In this document: positions 44,697 through 58,654 of the stretch, piece by piece
Position numbering within the stretch: the first letter of the stretch is position 1
Layout: each line of letters starts with the position of its first letter
Source of the DNA: Trichoplax adhaerens
Taxonomy: Eukaryota > Animalia > Placozoa
NCBI RefSeq assembly: GCF_000150275.1
Contig: NW_002060944.1
Coordinates: forward strand, 2,704,152-2,768,151
DNA length: 64,000 nt
Direction of reading: 5' to 3'
Program-made: the position numbers and the translations under genes
The notes under the pieces: model-generated
The model's database searches: none
Seen by the model: the letters and a program-made list of their open reading frames with translations, nothing else
Told to the model about the DNA's origin: nothing

Positions 44697-47600
44697 TCAG
44701 TATCTAAGACCAGACTTATTCTGCTTACTTACAAACCTAAGGAAATACAATATAATTTCATTGATGTATGATAAACACTTGATAGATAACTCATACAAGG
44801 GCCTTACTTATCGAGAACTTCCCAAAATCTTAAAGCACAAGCACGATCTAAATGGCGTTTATGGCGGCTAATCTTTATGGCGAGATCCAGACAAAATATT
44901 AAATTACAGATCACATTGCTTTCAAATTAGAATAATTACTAATAGTAATCAACCTGTAATATATGCACGTCCCACTTCTGAATATTAGTGTCCATGCGGG
45001 AGTCTTCAAATTTCAGGTGAAAGCCCCTCACTATCAAATACGTAAATTAATTAAACACTGTTATAAAACTGAATTTAAATCTTTATAATCGAAGATTGCA
45101 AGTATGAATTCACAAGCCTACCTTTCGCAAAGATATTCACAGGCGAGTTATCAGTCTGTAACCAAGGCCAACCCTTAAATTGCCATGTAGGTCCTTGTAC
45201 AAAAACTGCAACGACTCTTTCCCTAAATACGATGCAAAAAATAAAGTACTATGACAAAATACACTCCAGTTTTATCTAGTAAATTGTCTATTACCAATCG
45301 TTCTTTTGCAGCTTATTAACGTTGTCGATAACTTTAAATGGGATAGTTACAGAAGTATTCCCTAAATCCCTTTTACGCTGCACTAGCACTTCACTTTCAC
45401 GATGCGCACCTTTTGCTTTCTTCTCGTCATTACTTATGAATCTTTAATTAAGTTTTGTAATAATAAAACATTGAACGAGAGGTTATCAATATTATACGGT
45501 AAATCTCAACACAGCAAAATGAGATCATACTAACTTGAACTCTTGTAGAAAATCTTTCACGTTAAGAAGTGTAATTGTAGATGTTGCAGTAGCAGGTACA
45601 ATAATAATAGGCGTTCTCGATTCTACGGCATACACAGAAGCATGACAATCGAGTTAATTAGGAAGCCGCATTAAGTTTTTGTTTCAATTACCAGCAATTA
45701 TCTTATTAGAAATCATTTACCTCTTTTTGTGTGTCCAGATTTAGGTTGATTAGCTAAACATTCGAAAAATATCATGATATCAAGTCTCTTTTTAATAATA
45801 CTGATTACGCCCATTAGTTATTACCTGAAAGGGGCTTGGCAACAGACACGGGCATTTCTTTCTGTGAATGGTCGGGCCTTCGCTTTGCTCCAGCTACGCC
45901 AGCCTATAAAGTACCAAAAGAATTAATCGATCATAAGGGTGACCAAGTCAATTAGAAGAAAAAAATATGTACTGTATGTAGCATACGTATATAAAACAAA
46001 TATGAACCTACCGTTACAGATTGAAAGTTCATTCCACGATATGTACCCATGGTATCGATTTTAAAACCTTCCGTTTCTGTACGAGCAATTTTATATATTC
46101 ATTAGATAGCTCGTTTGGGCAATTCCATATTAATAAATTTTTGAGTTGTTTGTAAGTTCTTACCTTCTTTCCCAGCAAATCTTTCCTGATCGTAACGACT
46201 GTATGGTATAGGAGCAACAGATTTCTTTGGAGGAGGCTCCTACAAAGTCAAAAGATGATTTGAATAATTCTGGTCTTAGTAAACAAATTACTTTCACATT
46301 GTTTCGGTAATTTCTTTCGTAGCTACCGTAGGAGGTGGTGTTTTGTGATTATGATTAAGATTACGTCCTTGTTCCCTTAATTGTATGTTAGTTATGACGT
46401 CCAGAATATTTGTGAATGACTAAGACAAACAGAGAGAATCAATCAGTACATTAAATTTCGATATAGCAAATTTATAAAAATGACTCCTGTGAAAATCGAA
46501 AAGCAGCTTACCTTTTTAGCTGATCGCATAACCGTTTCACGGGTTCTAACTACTTTTTCTTTGCTAATAATATCTTTGCTAACATCTACCTCTGCATCAG
46601 CGAAACTTCTTTGTTCCTGTAAAAAGTATCTTTATTGAACTCGAGTATAATAAATCATTAAAATTTAGTATTGATTTCTTTACTATTTCTGTTATTGTGT
46701 CATCCTTAATAGTTTCACGCTTGTGAGCAATTCTTTTAGCTTTAAGAGCAGCAATCTTTTCCGCAGATATTCTTTCACTCAATGGTCTATATGTATACCA
46801 AATGAAGATTCATTAAGATAGATGAGATAAATAACAGCCATAAGTAATGCATATTAAAACATCGGTAGTACCGAAGTTGATTCGTTGTTACTACTTTATC
46901 TTTAACATTTGCCTCCAAGCGAGACTCAAGACGATTCTATAATATCAGAAGTATTGCTATTAGTTAATAGTAAAATACCCAAATACACATGATCCCTGCA
47001 TGCAGTAAAAATTAAATCAATCGCAGCTTCATGGTAAAATAATAATGCTAAAGGATTGATATCAATAATCATATTTAATTCATACTATAGTATAATAATA
47101 ATTAGAATATAAGTATTGGAAGATTAATTTTAGACCTTATCTACTTTAACATCTTCGTCAGTCTTCACACGCTTTAAAGTGTCTGAGTTGGTTCCTTCGT
47201 CTACAGATCGCTTAACTTAAAAATTGATATTAAATAGCCAGTTCAGTATTATATCATAAAAGAAAAGGAATCAATTAAATACATGACATGGCTGTTATAA
47301 ATCAGGACTATGCTTGCAATATAACTACCTTGAGGCAAGGGAGCAGCTGGAACGACATGTTGCTGGCCAAGTTCTAAAGGAGCACTTTTATCTATGCTAG
47401 CAGATACAGATGTCTCACCATTCAGGTATGCAAGCAAATCCTACAGACAATATTTAAAAATTTTGAGATAGTGATGGCAATTTAACAAGTCAGGAGTTAT
47501 ATAGCAAGGGCCAGTAATGAAAGAAAATCTATCAGTAAGTATATGTAATCATAAGTATAGCAACAAAGTTGTGCAACCTACTTTTCTATCGGGACGGGAA

Positions 47601-48653
47601 ACAAGTGGTATTCCAGCAGCCTGTAAATAATGCGAGGTTAAGATTGAAAATACTGTAGGCAATCGATATATTACATTGCATGTAAGAATAAAGTAAAACT
47701 TGAGAAATTTTGTTATAGAAACAGTATAGTACCTATGGGTATAACATAGCGAAGAATACTGCATGCATGAGCAATAACGTAATTACAATAATTTAAAATT
47801 TAGTCGGAGTGGGGTTCCAGAAGACTACTGTAATATAAAATTTAACCCTCATCAAGCAAAGCAACACTGCTAGCATTAACTCATTAGCCCTCTAACATAT
47901 CAACCAAATTTCAATCATTGTCTATATGCAATATTCAAGTTGCATAAGTAGCACAGAATAGTAGCTAGTATAGCTCCAGTAGCAGGCTAGAGCAAAAGCA
48001 TAGTACAAAATTGAATTTCTAACGGCCGGAGCGAACTTCTGTTCAATGACTTTTTGTTCATGGAATTTCATCATGTTCACATTCTAACATTAGCATATGA
48101 CTATAATCTACTAGCTATAATGTTACTGAAAAACTTTTAGAGATCAAAATGATATCAACTGCAAAATAGGCCATACTCACAATTGCTTTCTGAGCGTACA
48201 CTGAATGACTTATGTCGACGTTTTTGAGTAGAAACACCAGGGAGGCCAAGGTGTAGTATTCCTTCGTTGCACCATCACGGCCAGTACTAACACATTGGAT
48301 GCAAAGTTAGCCATTAGTAATCACCATTGTAAAAAATAAATCATTATGAATCAAGCTTAAGTTAATGAAATGATAACACAGGAAGTGTTTAGGCTGTAGA
48401 GCATAAATTTCAACGGTAGCAACTCTATTTGCAGACGTCAACCCGTCTTAATTGAATATAGCAAACTATTTTAAGTGTATTTAATTGAACTCAATATCAT
48501 TCTGGAGTGCTATCGTGATTACCCATATTTTAAATAATTGGTATTTGTGAATTTTGACCAAGAATAGTCACCAAATATAATTCTTTCATCAGTTTCAATG
48601 ACATCTTTCTTTTCAATATTGTACAGCCGCAAAAAGGACAAGCAGTCCGCCAT
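44697..48653 (-). CDS. CDC73: Parafibromin, PAF1 complex subunit
   Basis: Multi-exon. It gives [13 protein letters not shown]..., [74 protein letters not shown] and [18 protein letters not shown]...LRY*. Confidence 0.96.
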
Positions 48654-48719
48654 AATGGAGTTCAACTGGCGTGTGTAAAGCGCGATCAACTGGATAAAAG
48701 AATCTGGAGGTCCTTTCCA

Positions 48720-49700
48720 TCAGTACAGAACAGTACGGTACTGTACCAGTCTGCTGCTGTACTGTACTGTACCGGCATGGACCACTAGAAGTATACTGTA
48801 CTGTAGAGTGACTGTACGGTAGCGTACAGTGTACAGTATATTTCTAGTGGTCCAGTACAGTGCATAGTGCACAGTGACTTCTCACTCCAAATGCACTACA
48901 CTACTGCTAATAACTGATACTGCTACCATTTGTGTAGTGGGTTTCCGCTTATCGTACAGTACGCGGTCTTTTTCTGATGACAAAAATTGAAATTGGCTGC
49001 TTTTTCAACAAATTATATATCAATCGATAGTAAAAGAGTTGAATTACACCATTCCTCATGAAGATTCTCGTACAATGTCTAATTTTCTTCATAACTATTG
49101 AATTAAAAATAGTAGCAGTCGCCTCGATGCAACAAAAACAGAAATCCTCTACTGTAATGTGTAGCAGACTGCTACAAACATGCGTAGCGTATTTTCCCCT
49201 CAGTATTACAGTACTGTACTGTAGAGTGTACACTGTACAGTACTGTACTGTACTGTACTGTCTGTCTGTACATACCTGGACTCCTGGAGCCAAACCGGAC
49301 AGACTCTTCGGATAGACGGACTTTGCATACTAGATGCAACTGAAAATGTCGGAAAACAGTTACTTAGTAGTTAGTACGGATCTTCCGTGCCTGTTTTCTA
49401 AATCACTCCTATTAATTTAAATAACATTGATGATCTAAAGCTACTGCTTCCAAGCAGAGTTTAGTAACAGGCAATAAAATACAATACAAAATTGCTTAAT
49501 TTAGAAAAAATCAGTCAATTCAGAATCGACTGTTTGTATACTAAAGTACTGTTATAATGAAATGTTTTGACACAATTTATTGACCATAGTTGGCTAAATG
49601 TCTGTCCGTCCAAGATTGTGTCCAGTCCAGGTATTTTTCTAGTAGTGCATGACTGTACACTGTACAGACTTGTACAGTACCGTAAATACAACAGTGTTAT
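48720..49700. repeat. TACAG/CTGTA arrays upstream of CDC73 (three blocks)
   Basis: Blocks at 48720-48965, 49205-49272 and 49650-49710. Confidence 0.85.
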
Positions 49701-51349
49701 ACAGTACAATTTCCTTCCTATTCACTCAGAAATCCAAAGTGAATTCAGCTCGCCGAATCCTACTCCAATCCGAAATCCACTGTCTACATTTCCTCAAATC
49801 CCACTCCAATCGGAGTATACTACTGTCATTACTGTAGTTTGTAACAACAACATATACTATAGGTCACTGCCCTAAACTAGCTATGACAGTCTATTAAGCA
49901 TTGCGTTGAGTATTCGAGTAGAAACCGGCCATGCTCTTCGTTTTGCTACTCTTTGATGAAAAAGTTTTACCCTACAAGCATGCTGATCGTAGAGCCTTTT
50001 TTACTATCTATTAACAATCATCTACTAGTATTACAATGAGCATACTATACATCACTGAAACGGCTATATGATTCATTGTACATGCACCAGGTAAAAGCGC
50101 TTATGGTTATGATGCAATGAATGAATCAATCAATCATATGAGCTGTTGCGACGGTGGGCTACAACCTTGTCAAAATATCATTTTGCTTCGTTACTAAAAC
50201 TCAATAATTTGATATATAATTGTTATTTCTGTGTTTACCTGATTCTAAAAATAACAAACTTTCAATAATACGATGCTTGTGTAGGTCTAAATGTCCCTAA
50301 AATACTGCAATGCGATGTGTACGATCTTCGTACATTGCCCTTAACATAAAATACTGTCATACTGCCAATGCACTGAGTACAATCTAGTCTGGGCATAGTT
50401 CGGATTAATACTACTGTAGAACGAGTTACGCACAAGATTTGTATCAAACTTAACCTATTTATTGATCCTACTGTAAAATTGCAAAAAGCATTTAGCAGCA
50501 GTAAATAAGAAGGAAAAAACTATAATAATTAATAGATAAATATGAGGTAGGCGGTGAGTGATAGCACGGAGTATAAAGTATATAGCATAAAGCTAAGCGA
50601 AAATAACTTGAACACATTAAAACTCATAGTAAACATTTGCTACATAATTATCACGTTAGCGTATTAAAAGATAGATATGTTCGAAATCGTATTAACAAAG
50701 CATGATTATAAACAAGTGTGTAATTGTTGATGATATTAATATACTAATGCATCTACGAACGACGAAAGTAATTTGCTATATTAACCTTAATATTTTAAAT
50801 GCAATCAACGATGACAACTGCTGCAATTCTATTATAGAATTGTATAGGAATATTACCAGAAAATACAATAGCGAAAAGTTATAACTACAGGAGAGAATAG
50901 AATTTTACTAGGTAACTTGTTGTACGCGTATACTTGTAATTTTATGATGATGAGTGATAACTTTGCTTATGATCAACCTTGTTCTATGATGAATATTGTA
51001 TCGGATTATAAAAATAACTTTAAGAGATTGAGTAAAATTGAAACAATCATGGTGGATATGCAATAATTAACAGAAGGAACTCTATAATTCTGTTGCATTA
51101 ATTTAGTACCTTAATCAGATTAGTACAATGTTACATTCCATTAAGAAAATATGTAATTTTAATTTATTCGATAGGCAATTGGACAAGGGTAACCACAAAA
51201 TTTCTGGAGATATTCTCATCGCAACGGTAGCATCTACAAAGCAGGGTGATATAGTATTTATTGAATGAATACTCGTATGCTTGCGTAAATTTGATGACAT
51301 TTTTCCTGCGATACGATCTACATTACTTTTTGAAAGATCGTCCTCCATA

Positions 51350-54300
51350 TTATTGTTGCAGCTTGTCTAATGCTTGATTACAGACTTTTAACACATGCTT
51401 TACAAAAATAAAGAGTACGTTTCTATCAGTAACAATCCCTTTTCAGTATTTAATACCGCAAGTAGGAACTATATTACGTGAGTATAAATAATCGTCCAAT
51501 CTCTAACATACCATATTATCACCAAAATCTTGAGCTGCTTGTCGAAGAACATCTACTACCTTTAATGATCCCATCTCTTCTATTCCTTCATCTATGCAGT
51601 GAAAATGTTAGACAAGAATTATTGAGATAGAACAATCAATTATTCTTTGGCTTATAACATCAATTAAAGACAATTACTGTAGCGGGGATTTTGAAATACT
51701 CGATATCTTTTCATACATACCATATTCAGCGAGTTCAGAAAATAATAAGAAGATATTTTCTGCGACTTCAGCGTTTTTCGCATTATTTCTGATGTAATAT
51801 GATAATTGATATTTTGTTATGAAACAACTAGAATTAATACTGGAATCTTAAATTTTCATTGCGTAATTTGCTAACAATTACTCATTACTAAGATAATATT
51901 TCTGTAACAACACCACAATAAGCCCTACTTATATGCTGAAATGATGATTGGAACTCCGGAGACACCATTACTATTAATTACTTGCATTGCAGATGATTCT
52001 ATGTAGAATACAATATTCAACCAGAAGATAAATTTAATCACCGAATCCCATTTAAAGTCCGTGCTGACATTGAATAACTTTAATTCTCATATTATACAAA
52101 TTTATACAATTACCATCAACTTCTGTCAAACTTGCCAATAACAAGCAACCACTCTTTACAACTCGTGGTTCCTGGATATAGCGAAAATAATTGCAGACTG
52201 TTAGTAACGATACTTAACTTGAAAATCGTTCAAATCAGACGTATTATGTAAAATTAACGTTTCAATTTCTTGTATCAAATATTTATAGTATAGATAAACT
52301 ACAGGAGTAAACGATATAGTGCCGAAACCTTTTCATTATTTTTTATCGCATTAACAACAGCAGCAATGGTCCCAGACTTAGATAGTTCATCCACATTCTC
52401 TTCTACATTGTAAATTGCGAATATGGACAAAAATGGCTTAGAAAAAAATGTCAACTTTGAAGTTTAATTATTACGCAGCTCTTAAAAGTTGAATATCTGT
52501 GTTTATGATAAAAAATTGCAGTATGATTATCTATCGCTTATGTGAATACCTTCCATGGATAAAGACCATAACGCAGAGCAGGAAGATTCAATTACTTCAA
52601 CTGAATCTTGATGATTTTCAAGCGCTCGATAAACGTCTTCTAAACCTTTCTCTTCAGTTACGATCTTAGCATTGTTTTCTGTAGACATGATTATTAATCG
52701 CATTGATAAATACTGATATTATAGAATATTTTAATTCCAAATTAAACAATCTTTCGATAGTAGTTCTACGCGTATATTTACCATATCATAGTGTACATAA
52801 ATCATTACTATCATAAATAATTAATATCTGCATTTAAGCTTTACCATTTGCTGCTAGACTCCATAAAGCGCTACAGCAGTTTGAAATAATTGTAGTATCA
52901 TTTGGGAAAGCTCGTAAGGAAGCTAAAATATCTTGTACACCTCCAGAGTTACCGATAACTGCGGCAGCATTTTCTAATTAAATGATTACATTAAGATCTT
53001 GAATTTTTTATATTATTATAAGGTTATAAATCATAAGACAACAACATATGTCTAAGTTTTAATATATCTAATGCTAACCATCTGCAGACAGTGCTGCAAT
53101 GACAGCTCCCGCAACGCTTTGCAATTCAGCTGAACCAGCATGTGACTATAGGAATGAGATAATTGAAGTAAATCCGGTATTGCATTAGCTTAGTATTCGC
53201 ACTAGAGTTCCATGCTTAATCCGATATAATACAATATCTTATGATGTGTGTAGGTGTTATGCTAATTATGAAAAATATAAATTACCCTCATGGCTAATGT
53301 GACTGGTTGTATTAGCTCACTGCTATACATAATATCGTTTTCTTCCGCTGTAATTTAAAAGAAAAATCATTATAATCCAATTTCTTGCCTTTATAATTAA
53401 AACATCTACTGGATTATACTGTAATATATCCGTTATATTACATAACTGTTACATCAACTGTAGCCGCAGTAGATTCGATACTAATTTACTACTATACTTT
53501 TAGATTACAATAGAATAATTTGAAACTATTATCTTTAATATAACAAAATAAAAAATATTAGAATAGGGGTAAGTATGATGAATAAAGAAGTACGGATTAG
53601 TAATTAATCTATGCTATTGCTCAGTGTCCTATACTTTAATAATAAATTGCTTTTATTTAATATTGTAATAAGAAGTATTTTGTGAGATATTGCTACATAT
53701 TATTGATACTACGGTACACTATTGTATTTTATATGTTACTTGGAAGTACTATAATAGTTGTACATCAGATATTAAAACTGGAGAGAATAAAAGAAACGGA
53801 TACTTATTGAGACTCAAATACGTATATATGACTATTAACAATAATAATATAGTAATTCATAATGTTTGCTGCAATTACATGCAATTTCTGTAAGATATAT
53901 AACATTGGAATATTTACCTGAAACAATAAGATGCGAAAAAATTTTTGCTGAAACAATTTGTATTTCGTTATTTCCTATATGATTTTTCATTGCCTTGATA
54001 ATTATCCTTTTTCCAGCATCGTTTAAACCCATAGCATCTATTTTAGATGATCAGCAATTACATTAATAATTATAGTATGATTCTATCACTACGATTTTTA
54101 TTATGATGCATTAAATGTGCGGGATATCTAATTTTATATCAAGCTTTATACAGCGAAGTACTTACCTTCATTTCTAAGCATATTGTGGATATATTTAAGA
54201 GCCTCCAACTAATTGATAAAACGATAATCATTAATTTCAGTTTCTAAATCATCTTCTGATGTATAAGTTCAAGTCGATATCGTAGTGGCAATTATTTGTA

Positions 54301-57300
54301 TACCGAACTCTTCGAGGAATCAGCATTTCTATCCAAATAATCTAGCAAAATGGTAGTATAAATCGTTTACTAAATTAATTTCTCTATTGGAAAACAGTTA
54401 ACTATTTGAATACTTGTATCGAAATTTAAAACTAAAGCAATGCATGTCTAACAAAAAAATCAAAAATTACCTAATACTGGACCAATTCCTTGCTCTTTAG
54501 GTACTGGATCAGCTAAATATGGGATGAATATGTATAAAAAAATAGCTCAGAACTGATGACGATGCGCGCATATTATTAAATAAGAGTTTGTAGCTATACA
54601 CCTATACATTTATAAATATAGATGGGTCATCTAAAAATTACTCTTAATTACACTCTATATCAAAAAATGTGCTTATTTACCTTGTTCTTTTTTTGCTAGT
54701 GAAGAAAAGTTATATATAATAAGATTGTGTCAGTTATGAATGGCGTAAATTACTATTAAAACTGAAATTCGTACTAGAAATACCTTCCGCTTTCTTACGC
54801 GCTGCAAGTGCTGATCCACTAAGTAAGAGGCAATCTTTAACATATGGCAACGCTACCAAATCTCTATAATAGCAAAAAGATGTTAGCCTAAATTGATTAC
54901 TTTAAATATGTATTATCATCAAATTTATCATTACCATTATTTACAATAATTTAAGTTTGTTAATTTATCAAAACATCTTATAGATAGTGAGAAAAGATAC
55001 GTATTATACGGTTTTCCATAGAATCGTAAGTTAAGCATCCTTAAATTAGAGAAAATCCTTACGCTGCCGTTGGGCGTTGTTGAAAATTTCTTCGAAGCAT
55101 AGTTCGAATTAATTGGCAGAAATCTGCTGAATATTTCTGAAAAGAGTGATAATGTACGTTATGAAATTTAAGGACTTTTTGCGTTTCGTAAGCTTTCATT
55201 GGTTATAGAGATTTTTTTACCTTACTAACGTTCTCCAATACTTCTTCCAAAACCTGAGGAGAATGTTTAATTTGGAAGAGAATGCCAGCCGTTTGGGCAG
55301 CCTAAAATCCCCATTCACAAATAAAGTATACATTCGTAAGCCAATATGTAACAGGAGCTGTCACAACTGTTAGATAATCGTAAATATTTTTTAAATTAAT
55401 CATTTGTGAATCCGTTTCTAATAAATTGTTAAACGGATTCAAATCAGATAACCTACATCAAGAAAGCCGCAAGTTGCCATTTCGAGAGCAATGCAACCGA
55501 GAGACCAAACATCGCTACGTTCGTCGTAACTTTAATTATTGTTAAAGAAATTATATGCTACAAAAATAATATAACCTATTGTATATGATGTTTAATAGAA
55601 ATTTGTATTTGTTGTTGCATAATTTATTTCATAAGTATCTATATGTGCAGTAATTGATTTAATTTAAATATCGACGAAGCTGTATTGATATGATTCGGAC
55701 TACGTTCTAAAATCTTGTAATTATTGCTATACTAGTTGAATTAATAGTATGATACGGCCTTTCCAGTACTTCTGGGGCCATCCAGTTCATTGATCCTATA
55801 AATTAAAATTAAGTTAAGTTGCGCTTATTGAATGCATGCTACTATTAAGCATCACCCAAAAGAGTGATGTCAGTTGTATTTGTGATCAAACAATCTTAAG
55901 ACTTAGGCTAGCGAATTAATTAAGATTCAATTATTCAACTAACCGACTGTAGTTCTTGTCCTTGTTCTAGCATCATCCATAACTGTTGCAACGCCAAAAT
56001 CGCCTATTTTATTTCAATTTAAACGTATGTTTGTATAGAAACAGATTTAGCGATAACTAATAAATAAAATAACTAATCACAGTGCTATGGGTATAAGAAA
56101 CATAATGAAAATAGATCAATTACCAAGAGAGATAGATAGATCTTCTGTCATGAAGATATTACTCGGCTTTAGGTCTCTGTATGGTGAATTCGGTAAAAAT
56201 TATTGTGTCAGATAGAGTAGCATAAATTTAAATTAACACAAAATCTTGATGTAATATTAATATTTTGTAATAGCTCAAAGTTATATCAATTTGCCATGAA
56301 CATGTCATACATATATAGAGCGAGTAATTACAATTATTAGTGCTCATAAGATGCAAAAGGTAAATAAAGCTACAGACTAATATTGAATAAAGTGATTTCC
56401 ACTCTACTATTTTATGTGTAAGTAATATTTTAATAGGAAAAAGGATTGGGACTGCTTGTATGTTATGAATTGTGCCCTAACTGGGCCATCTTAACTTAAA
56501 ATGAAAGCGGCTTCACCGAATATAAAACGTGTACGCAGTATGTCATGATGTTTGCGATTTTAAAACGATACCTGTGTATGACTTGCTTCTTATGGACAAA
56601 CACTAAAGCTTCTATCATTTGCCCAATCCACTTTTTTAATATCTTAAAAAAAATATTGATGTAAATTTAATAAGTGATACTCGAAATCGTACGAGGCATC
56701 CTATAATTCTATAATGGAAAATACTTTTAATGTTGCCAATACACATACAGTATATCTAGTGATATATTAATTTTTTAATTTCTACTGTACCAATTCTTCG
56801 ATATATTCATTCTTTTGACGCTTCTGTTTCAGGACTCGATCTAAATCACCTGATATTTTATTTATAATATTAATATTCTAAAATGAATATCAGTCTCTAC
56901 AGATTAGAATTTTATTGTTTTCGACAAGCAAAACATGCCTACCCATTTTGTAGTATTCCATGACAATACAAACAAACATGGCTGATTCCTACACAGTGAA
57001 GATAAAGTGCACAGTGAAAATAAAGTATTGTGTAAATGCTTAACTACTGTATGACATTATGTAAAGTATTTTATATGGACAGTCATAGAATGCAGAATTT
57101 TGGTATAAAAATCAAATAAAATTGAAACAAATCTACGAATTAAATCACATACTTCCTTGTCCCAAGTGACAAAAAATTCCTTGTATCCGCAAACATAAGG
57201 ATGCCTTAATTCTTGTAAAGCCATAGCTTCTTTAAAGGCTTTATTTGCTTCACCTTCATCATTACATTCAACCTGTTCTCGACGAATTCAGAATGAAATT

Positions 57301-58654
57301 ATCGTATTTTTGACTCAACGAAGAGTTTTAAATCTTGATTTCAATTTCGTGTCTATCTTTGACAAACAATAACGATTTTTGGGACTGTAACTTTTAATAT
57401 ATTATGCGTCCGATCATTCTAGTTAAATCGTCATCGGTTGTAATGTTGCTGCTTAATGGACCCTAACATACGATTTACGAAGAGTAGATATCATGGCACG
57501 GTATAATTCCGCCATTTGAGCAACAGGTCATTATCGATCAGACCCTAGTAACGGGGCCTATTTATGTTATCTAATGAAGTCATATCAGTTAATGTAAGCC
57601 AAAATGGCTTCGTTTTGAATTTGAAAATATTGAAATATCGAGCAAAATCATTGCATGACATTACACTTTTTATGCAAGCTATTTGGATGTGAATGAAAGA
57701 AGCTGAGCATTAATCACGAATTCACTAATGACGTATGATTTATTGCAATTAAGACGCTTTATAAGATTGCACATTAGATTTCAATTTGCTTTCGAAAGAC
57801 AATATGAGAACAGTAGTCAGTGATTGACGTTAAATTGGAAATATCTGTAATTTTTAACCTGGGGATACAGCGATAGATTGTAAGAACTTCAAATATAATT
57901 ACTACCCAAAATTAAATAATATGCAAAAAAAAATGTAGGAGACTCCATTACTATCGTGTATGTGATTCGTTTTTTTTTCCAGGATATCATTTAAGATAAA
58001 TAATGATTCTTTTGGAATGTTATGACAAAAGAAGTAACATCTATGTATAAAACAATATACGAACACAATTAGCCCTAGCTACAGTATCATCGTTGTTTCG
58101 TACCAACTGCGCTCTACACACAACTACTCTAATGGCATACAATAGCAAATTATATCATTTCCTAATAGTATACAGTATTGTTGGTCAAACACTATGGAAT
58201 ATAAAGTCAAGTTTAGTGGAATTTTACCTTTTTCAAGACATATTTTTTCTTCTCTTCTTTATCTTCCACCAAATAAACTGAACCTTGAGCACCTTTACCC
58301 AGACGTTGTAACAACTATGTAGACATATCCATAGAAAATTCTATCGTCAACGAATAATAACTTGCTACTACGTATATTCGCTATATGTACAAATAAAGTT
58401 GAGAAGTCTACAGTATAACACATGCACTATACCAAGTTGTTATTTGAGAATGGATGTCAGTTTGATAAACTAATGACAAACATGAAATTCCAGCTTAACG
58501 CTATCCATTTAACCTAGATTATGCTATTCCTGTTTCTATTTACTCCGTACAACATTCAAGTACCAAATTCAACATGAATTATTTAGCGCTATGATCTATT
58601 TCTGATTTAGTAGATGAGTAAATGTCATTTTAAACTCACCTTGTAGTTCTCCAT
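51350..58654 (-). CDS. STKLD1: STKLD1 (SgK071)-like Ser/Thr kinase domain + armadillo-repeat protein
   Basis: More than 20 short exons give MENYK-LLQRLGKGAQGSVYLV...YVLKKVECNDE...KEFFVTWDKE...VCIVMEYY...IHRDLKPSNIF...GDFGVA...WMAPE...SDVWSLGCI. ARM-like helices follow (QNCCSALWSL, ESSCSALWSL). The VEC and EFFVTW signatures plus the domain order match STKLD1 as recalled. Confidence 0.85.

Noticed and set aside
55407-55441. 11-bp stem hairpin in an STKLD1 intron
   Set aside because: It is short and AT-rich, so it is plausible by chance or local template switching.
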